From an uncultured Chloroflexota bacterium (GTDB lineage: Bacteria > Chloroflexota > Dehalococcoidia > Lucifugimonadales > GCA-002694895), in NCBI GenBank assembly GCA_913045935.1, contig CAJWSY010000003.1, forward strand, positions 979 to 64,978: a stretch of DNA of 64,000 nucleotides, given 5' to 3'. Position numbers and translations under genes: made by a program. Every line of letters begins with the position of its first letter. Position 1 is the stretch's first letter. The notes under the pieces were generated by a model. That model saw only the letters and a program-made list of their open reading frames with translations, had not been told where the DNA came from and made no database searches. Below, piece by piece: positions 58,352 to 64,000 of the stretch.

Positions 58352-59068
58352 ATGAAAATTTTTCCAGCTATTGATATTTTGAATGAAAAATGTGTTAGGC
58401 TTTTTAAGGGAGATTATAAAAAAGCTACTGTGTATTCAGAAGACCCAATCAAAATGATTAATAAATGGTCTGAACATGGTGCTGAATGGATTCATATAGT
58501 TGATCTAGATGGCGCCAGAAAAGGTAAACCAATATCTAAGGCATTAATTACCAAGATGATTAATAAATCTAGTGTAAAAATTCAAATTGGTGGAGGAATA
58601 AGAGATTTGGATTCTATTGAATATTATCTTTCAATTGGGGTCGAAAGAGTTATTTTAGGGAGCGTTGCTATAGAAAATAAGAACGATTTTGTAAATACAG
58701 CAGTTTCTAAGTATGGCTCAGATCGAATTATAATTTCAGTTGATTCTGAAAATGGTTTTGTAAAATCTGATGGATGGATTAGGTCTACTAAAATATCATC
58801 TAAAGAATTGATTTCAAATATGATTAGTTCAGGTGTAACTAATTTTATTTATACAGACATTGAAAAAGATGGTACATTTCAAGGTGTGTCAATTGAAACT
58901 ATAGAATCTATAACAAAAGAATATCATTTGAATTTAATTGTTGCGGGTGGAATATCATCAATTGATGATATAAAAAATTTAGAGAAATTAAATGTAGATG
59001 GAGTCATAATAGGTAAAGCTTTCTATGAAAATCATTTGAACCCATCTGTTATTTCAGAATTTAAATAA
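58352..59068 (+). CDS. hisA: ProFAR isomerase
   Basis: 238 aa. Motifs are IFPAIDI, IGGGIRD and AGGISS. Confidence 0.93.
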   Translation: MKIFPAIDILNEKCVRLFKGDYKKATVYSEDPIKMINKWSEHGAEWIHIVDLDGARKGKPISKALITKMINKSSVKIQIGGGIRDLDSIEYYLSIGVERVILGSVAIENKNDFVNTAVSKYGSDRIIISVDSENGFVKSDGWIRSTKISSKELISNMISSGVTNFIYTDIEKDGTFQGVSIETIESITKEYHLNLIVAGGISSIDDIKNLEKLNVDGVIIGKAFYENHLNPSVISEFK

Positions 59069-59082
59069 TGTAAAAGGTAAAT

Positions 59083-59841
59083 ATGCTGACCAAAAGAATT
59101 ATTCCTTGTTTAGATGTAGATAAAGGAAAAGTTGTAAAAGGAAAAAGTTTTGTTGATCTTGTAGAGGCAGGAGATCCTGTAGATATGGCAAAAAAATACT
59201 ACGAATCTGGTGCAGATGAAATTGTTTTTTTAGATATTACAGCAAGCGTTGAAAAAAGAGAGACTATTCTAGACATAGTTCAAAAAGTTTCTAAACATGT
59301 TTTTATTCCACTTACTGTTGGTGGAGGAATCCAAAGTGTTCAGGATATTAAAAAGTTATTAAATTGCGGTGCTGATAAAGTTTCAATTAACACTGCTGGT
59401 ATTTTAAATAAGAATTTAATTTCAGAATCCACAGATTATTTTGGATCTCAGGCAATAGTTGGTGCTATAGACGCAAAAAAAACACAAGAATCCTGGGAAA
59501 TTTATAGCCATGGAGGTCGGAAATCTACAGGAATAGACGCTATTGATTGGGCAAAAGAGTTAGAACTATTAGGCGCAGGGGAATTATTGGTCACAAGCAT
59601 TGATCAAGATGGGAAAACTTCTGGTTATGATCTAGATCTTTTGATGGAAATAACAAATAATGTAAATATACCAATTATTGCAAGTGGAGGAGCGGGATCT
59701 CCTGATCATATGGTTGAAGCTTTTTTAATTGGTAACGCAGATGCCGTTCTTGCAGCTAGTATATTTCATTTTGAGGAATATACAATTAAAAATACCAAGG
59801 AATATTTAAAATCAAAAGGAATAAATATTAGAGATGAGTGA
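59083..59841 (+). CDS. hisF: Imidazole glycerol phosphate synthase, cyclase subunit
   Basis: 252 aa. Motifs are [13 protein letters not shown] and ASGGAG. Confidence 0.95.
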   Translation: MLTKRIIPCLDVDKGKVVKGKSFVDLVEAGDPVDMAKKYYESGADEIVFLDITASVEKRETILDIVQKVSKHVFIPLTVGGGIQSVQDIKKLLNCGADKVSINTAGILNKNLISESTDYFGSQAIVGAIDAKKTQESWEIYSHGGRKSTGIDAIDWAKELELLGAGELLVTSIDQDGKTSGYDLDLLMEITNNVNIPIIASGGAGSPDHMVEAFLIGNADAVLAASIFHFEEYTIKNTKEYLKSKGINIRDE

Positions 59842-60424
59842 AGATAATAATTTAAAACTTATACCTGCAATAATACAGGATCATCGAACCCTGAATGTGT
59901 TGATGCTGGGATATATGAATCAAGAGTCAATCGACTTAACTCTTAAAACAAAAAAAGTTTGGTTTTATAGTAGAAGTAGAAATAAATTATGGCAAAAAGG
60001 TGAAACATCTGGTAATTTTTTGAATTTAAAACAATTGGTATACGATTGCGATAAAGACGCTATATTGGTTAAAGCTATCCCAGATGGTCCAACTTGCCAT
60101 AATGGTACGTATAGTTGCTTTGAAGGCTTAGATACAAATCATAATTTTTTATATCAATTAATTAATATAATTAACCAAAGAAATACCGATTCTAAAAAGG
60201 ATAGTTATACTTCAAATTTATTACATGATGGAATACCTAAAATAGCTCAAAAAATTGTAGAGGAAGCAGGAGAGTTAAGCATTGCAAGCTTAGGTGATGA
60301 TAAAAAAGAAGTTATATATGAATTTGCAGATCTACTTTTTCATATGTTAGTTTTATTAGAAAAAACAGAGATAAATATCGAAGAAATTTGGAGTGAACTT
60401 GCTTCAAGAAATAATGAAAAATAA
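59834..60424 (+). CDS. hisI: Bifunctional phosphoribosyl-AMP cyclohydrolase / phosphoribosyl-ATP pyrophosphatase
   Basis: 196 aa. The N-terminal HisI part carries GETSGNF and GPTCHNG. The C-terminal HisE part carries EEAGELSIA...[12 protein letters not shown]. Confidence 0.9.
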   Translation: MSEDNNLKLIPAIIQDHRTLNVLMLGYMNQESIDLTLKTKKVWFYSRSRNKLWQKGETSGNFLNLKQLVYDCDKDAILVKAIPDGPTCHNGTYSCFEGLDTNHNFLYQLINIINQRNTDSKKDSYTSNLLHDGIPKIAQKIVEEAGELSIASLGDDKKEVIYEFADLLFHMLVLLEKTEINIEEIWSELASRNNEK

Positions 60425-60438
60425 AAGGAGGAATATTT

Positions 60439-61848
60439 ATGTCTGAATTTGTAGATACAGTTATCAATGGAGGTATAGTAGCCTTTTCTTCCAATGCATT
60501 TCAATCTAGCATCGCAATCAAAGGCGAAAAAATTGTAGCTGTAGGTGATCACTCTACTATGCCAAAAGCTAAAACATATATCGACGCTTCAGGTAAATTT
60601 GTTCTTCCTGGACTTATTGACAGTCATGTCCATATTAGAGAAAAACCTGGAGATGACTGGGGAATTACATCTAAAGCAGCTGCCTTAGCTGGGTTAACAA
60701 CAATTATTCCATTTGGAGAATACAAATCAGATCAAAAAGAAACACTGCCAGAATCAATAGAAAGATGGAAATTAGAAGCAGGAAAGGAGTCTTTTGTAGA
60801 TTATTCCCTTCACTATATTCTTAGTAATACACCGTATATCGTTGAAGGACTTAAACAAGCAATGGAAATGGGAGTAACTTCTTATAAGATGTTTATGACA
60901 TACGATCATAGAGTATCAGATTCATTCATAGCAAATGTTATGGAAATTGTAGGTAAAAACGGAGGTATAGTCCAACTACATGCTGAAAACGGAGATGTTA
61001 TAGAGCATTTAATGAATAAATCTATATCTTTAGACAAAACAAAACCCACAGATTTTCCAGCAACATGCCCTCCTTGGGCTGAAGAAGAGGCAATAAATAG
61101 AGGAATTTTATTAGCTAAAATGACTGAATGTCCTTTGTATATTGTGCACCTGACAACAAAAATTGGTTTAGATAGGATTATTAAAGCACAATTATCAGGA
61201 CAGCAAGTTTGGGCAGAAACATGTCCTCAATACTTGTTATTAGATGAAACAGCTTTGGAAAAAATCGGACCTTTTGCAAAAATTGGCCCTCCTTTGAGAC
61301 CTGCTGACGGATTAAATCAATCTGCATTATGGAATGGTTTGAAAAATGGATATTTATCTACAATTGGCAGCGATCATTCTCCTGCGCCATCAGATAAAAA
61401 AGAACTAGGTTGGGATAATATTTTTAGAGCTCCTAATGGAGATGCAATTCCCTTTGGCGCTCCATCTATAGAGACTTTAGTTCCTTTAATTTTTTCTGAA
61501 GGAGTCGTAAAAAGGCAATTTCCAATTTGGTGGATGTCTAGAATGCTTTCTGAAAATCCGGCAAGAATTTTTGGACTTTACCCTAAAAAAGGAATTATTC
61601 AGCCGGGTTCAGATGCAGATTTACTGATTATTGACCCTGACTCAAAATCCACTATAACTGCAAAGAATCATCAAAGTACCACTGGTTATACTCCTTATGA
61701 GGATTGGGACATACAAGGAAATCCGTGGATGACATTTTTGAGAGGAAATGTATTGTTGAATGATGGTAATTTGGAACAATCACCGGGATTTGGAAACTTT
61801 ATTTCTGCAGGTTCTCCAGTTCCTCCAATTGCAGGGATTTCTCATTAA
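60439..61848 (+). CDS. Dihydropyrimidinase / D-hydantoinase
   Basis: 469 aa. Motifs are PGLIDSHVHI, YKMFMTYD and GSDHSP. Confidence 0.85.
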   Translation: MSEFVDTVINGGIVAFSSNAFQSSIAIKGEKIVAVGDHSTMPKAKTYIDASGKFVLPGLIDSHVHIREKPGDDWGITSKAAALAGLTTIIPFGEYKSDQKETLPESIERWKLEAGKESFVDYSLHYILSNTPYIVEGLKQAMEMGVTSYKMFMTYDHRVSDSFIANVMEIVGKNGGIVQLHAENGDVIEHLMNKSISLDKTKPTDFPATCPPWAEEEAINRGILLAKMTECPLYIVHLTTKIGLDRIIKAQLSGQQVWAETCPQYLLLDETALEKIGPFAKIGPPLRPADGLNQSALWNGLKNGYLSTIGSDHSPAPSDKKELGWDNIFRAPNGDAIPFGAPSIETLVPLIFSEGVVKRQFPIWWMSRMLSENPARIFGLYPKKGIIQPGSDADLLIIDPDSKSTITAKNHQSTTGYTPYEDWDIQGNPWMTFLRGNVLLNDGNLEQSPGFGNFISAGSPVPPIAGISH

Positions 61849-61880
61849 AATTTAAATTAATATCTAAATTAATTAGTACT

Positions 61881-62867
61881 ATGAAAAAAAATCTAAACAT
61901 GGTGATCCTTGATGATTATCAAAAATATTTTCATCAAATGAAGAATGATAAAAGATTACCTGAAAATATTAATTTAACTATATTTGAAAATCATTTTAAT
62001 AATTCGAAAGATTTAGTTTATCATTTGAAAAAATACAACATAATAGTTGGGATACGAGAAAGAACTAGGTTTCCTGAAAAAGTGATAAATAAATTACCTA
62101 ATTTAAATTTACTCATAACTACAGGTCTTAAGAATGCTTCTTTTGATTTAGATGCATCAACAAAAAATAATATTGTAGTTTCTGGAACTCCCGGATCAGG
62201 AGAGGGGCCAGTTGATCTAACTTGGGGATTAATCATTTCACTGGTAAGAAAAATACACATCGAAGATAAGTTTGTTAGAGAAGGTAAATGGGGGCATTTT
62301 ATTGGACCAAGCTTATCAGGTAAAACATTAGGTATATTAGGATTAGGACATATAGGTAAATTAGTATCAAAAGTGGGATTGGCATTTGGCATGAACGTTA
62401 TTTCATGGAGTGAAAACTTGGACCAAATATCTGCTAAAAAATATGGAGTTACTTATGTTCATAAAGAAACGCTTTTTAGTAAGTCTGATATTTTATCAAT
62501 CCATACAAAATTAAGTGATAGGACAACAGGTCTTGTCGGAGAAAAAGAAATAAGCTTTATGAAACCAACTTCTTACCTAATAAATACATCGCGAGGCCCG
62601 ATAATTAAAGAACAAGCCTTAATTGAAGCATTAAATTCAAATAAAATTGCAGGTGCAGGGCTAGATACTTTTGATGTTGAACCATTATATCCAAGTCATC
62701 CTTTATTGCATACACCAAATACTCTTTTGACGCCACATATAGGCTATGTTACAAAAGAAGCATATAAAGCTTACTATGAGGGTATATTAGAAAATGTTAT
62801 TTCTTTCTTAAATAACAACCCAACGAGAGTATTAAATCCTGAAGTTTTAAGTAAATTATATGGTTAA
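61881..62867 (+). CDS. D-isomer-specific 2-hydroxyacid dehydrogenase
   Basis: 328 aa. It has the NAD motif GILGLGHIGK, NTSRG and TPHIG. Confidence 0.85.
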   Translation: MKKNLNMVILDDYQKYFHQMKNDKRLPENINLTIFENHFNNSKDLVYHLKKYNIIVGIRERTRFPEKVINKLPNLNLLITTGLKNASFDLDASTKNNIVVSGTPGSGEGPVDLTWGLIISLVRKIHIEDKFVREGKWGHFIGPSLSGKTLGILGLGHIGKLVSKVGLAFGMNVISWSENLDQISAKKYGVTYVHKETLFSKSDILSIHTKLSDRTTGLVGEKEISFMKPTSYLINTSRGPIIKEQALIEALNSNKIAGAGLDTFDVEPLYPSHPLLHTPNTLLTPHIGYVTKEAYKAYYEGILENVISFLNNNPTRVLNPEVLSKLYG

Positions 62868-62931
62868 GATTTTTTAAATTATACTTTTATTTTAAAACTA
62901 CAGTTTATATTTATGTTTATAATATTCATAT

Positions 62932-63189
62932 ATGAAAAATGAAAGTTGGTTTGTTTATATATTGCTTTGTAAGGACAATACATTTTATACAGGAGTTACA
63001 AATGATATTAAAAAACGAATATTAGCACATGAAAACGGAAAAGGCGCAAAGTATACAAAAGGTAGAGGTCCTTTTAAATTGATCTACAAATGTGCTTTTG
63101 AAACACACAGCCTGGCTTTGAAAGAAGAGATAAGAATAAAAAAACTATCTAAAATTCAAAAATTAAAATTAATAAAATATGAGGTTTAA
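62932..63189 (+). CDS. GIY-YIG domain protein (UPF0213/YhbQ-like)
   Basis: 85 aa. WFVYILLCKDNTFYTGVTNDIKKR...GKGAKYTKG parallels E. coli YhbQ as I recall it. Confidence 0.8.
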   Translation: MKNESWFVYILLCKDNTFYTGVTNDIKKRILAHENGKGAKYTKGRGPFKLIYKCAFETHSLALKEEIRIKKLSKIQKLKLIKYEV

Positions 63190-63191
63190 TA

Positions 63192-63458
63192 ATGGAAGAT
63201 AATGAATTATATAACAGCATAAGAAGATTTCTTGATAATAAAAATTTCGTAAACATTGAATTTCATAATTTTGAAAAACAATTTTTACATGAATCAAATA
63301 TCAGTTGGGAACAAGATACTATCGGAATTATTGTTGCTTGTATGATTGAAAAATATGGGAATCATTGGATAAATATGCACAATGATTTTAAACGTATAAT
63401 ATTGGAACCATTAATAACTTTATCGCGTAAAGAAAAAGAATTAGAAAGAGGTTTATAA
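63192..63458 (+). CDS. Hypothetical protein
   Basis: 88-aa ORF starting 2 nt after the GIY-YIG gene. No motif recognised. Confidence 0.4.
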   Translation: MEDNELYNSIRRFLDNKNFVNIEFHNFEKQFLHESNISWEQDTIGIIVACMIEKYGNHWINMHNDFKRIILEPLITLSRKEKELERGL

Positions 63459-63468
63459 GGGTAATGCT

Positions 63469-64000
63469 ATGCCACAAATTAAATTACAAGATATAAATAT
63501 AGAGTATCAGGAATTTATTCCAGAAATAAATAATTACGAAACTATAATTTTTATGCATGGAAGAGGAGGTAACTTGTTGTCATGGTTTCAGCAGATTCCA
63601 TATTTTTCAAAAAAATATCGATGCGTTGTGTATTCTCAAAGAGGTTTTGGTCATTCTTATGATTTACCTGACGGACCAGGATGGTCATCTTTCCCGAATG
63701 ATCTAAAAGGAGTTATGGATAACCTGAATATCAAACAAGCACATTTGGTTGCGCAATCAATGGGAGGAGTATCTGCACTAGGATTCGCTGTGAATAATCC
63801 AGAAAGAGTTTTAAGTATTACTTTTGCTGATACTACAGGAGGAATGGGAGAACCTGAATTAGAAAGAGAAATGATAAAGTGGAAAGAAAATAATCCTAGG
63901 ACAAGAGGAAGATTTGAAGCAATCTCTGAAATATTTGAAAAGCAAAATCCGGAAATGGCAAATTTGTATTTTCAAATAGGATTGAGTAATCCTGAACTCA
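63469..64000 (+). CDS. Alpha/beta-fold hydrolase (3' end beyond the window)
   Basis: Hand translation from the ATG at 63469 gives MPQIKLQDINIEYQEF...IIFMHGRGGN...YSQRGFGHS...LVAQSMGG (nucleophile elbow). The frame is open to the window edge. Confidence 0.75.
   Translation, partial: MPQIKLQDINIEYQEFIPEINNYETIIFMHGRGGNLLSWFQQIPYFSKKYRCVVYSQRGFGHSYDLPDGPGWSSFPNDLKGVMDNLNIKQAHLVAQSMGGVSALGFAVNNPERVLSITFADTTGGMGEPELEREMIKWKENNPRTRGRFEAISEIFEKQNPEMANLYFQIGLSNPEL

Noticed and set aside
62932-63458. The GIY-YIG protein plus the adjacent 88-aa unknown as a toxin-antitoxin or defence pair.
   Set aside because: The GIY-YIG protein matches the widespread housekeeping-type UPF0213/YhbQ family. There are no other defence hallmarks, and the partner has no recognisable fold signature.
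1-64000. CRISPR arrays, tandem repeats, rRNA genes and IS elements.
   Set aside because: None were seen on reading the intergenic regions. The non-coding gaps are all under about 280 nt and are accounted for by promoters, two tRNAs and one small ORF.

Overview
This is a visibly AT-rich (not computed), very tightly packed bacterial chromosome segment. It holds about 63 protein genes and 2 tRNAs. I saw no transposase, integrase, phage gene, CRISPR array or rRNA. The content is mostly core metabolism arranged in long co-directional arrays. One array is an arginine cluster (argJ-argB-UPF0182-argD-argG-acd-maoC-argH-rpe-tsaD). A second is alaS-ruvX-aroE-aroK/aroB-tauE-tgt. The histidine genes form a divergent cluster (hisG-hisB on one strand, hisH-hisA-hisF-hisIE on the other). 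The window also carries thioredoxin and thioredoxin reductase, coaE, birA, rpiB and the 3' part of mutL. Between these sit many catabolic or scavenging enzymes: two gamma-glutamyltransferases, a DmpA-type aminopeptidase, an M20 hydrolase, a hydantoinase, amidohydrolases, two ThDP enzymes, several SDRs, an enolase-superfamily dehydratase and a tandem-fused family III CoA-transferase. This profile fits a streamlined marine heterotroph, with a Chloroflexota/SAR202-like or actinobacterial origin both possible. I cannot assign taxonomy from sequence alone. The most interesting signal is a selenocysteine-decoding signature that the ORF track cannot show. A tRNA-Sec (anticodon UCA, 8-bp acceptor stem, 6-bp D stem, long variable arm) lies at 3904-3998 on the minus strand. 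At 32443-32958 two same-frame ORF fragments are joined by one in-frame TGA that falls exactly at the first position of a UxxC redox motif of a thioredoxin-fold lipoprotein. A 17-nt stem-loop starts 11 nt after that TGA, which is SECIS-like. All functional calls come from motif reading of the supplied translations and recall of protein families. No database search was run.
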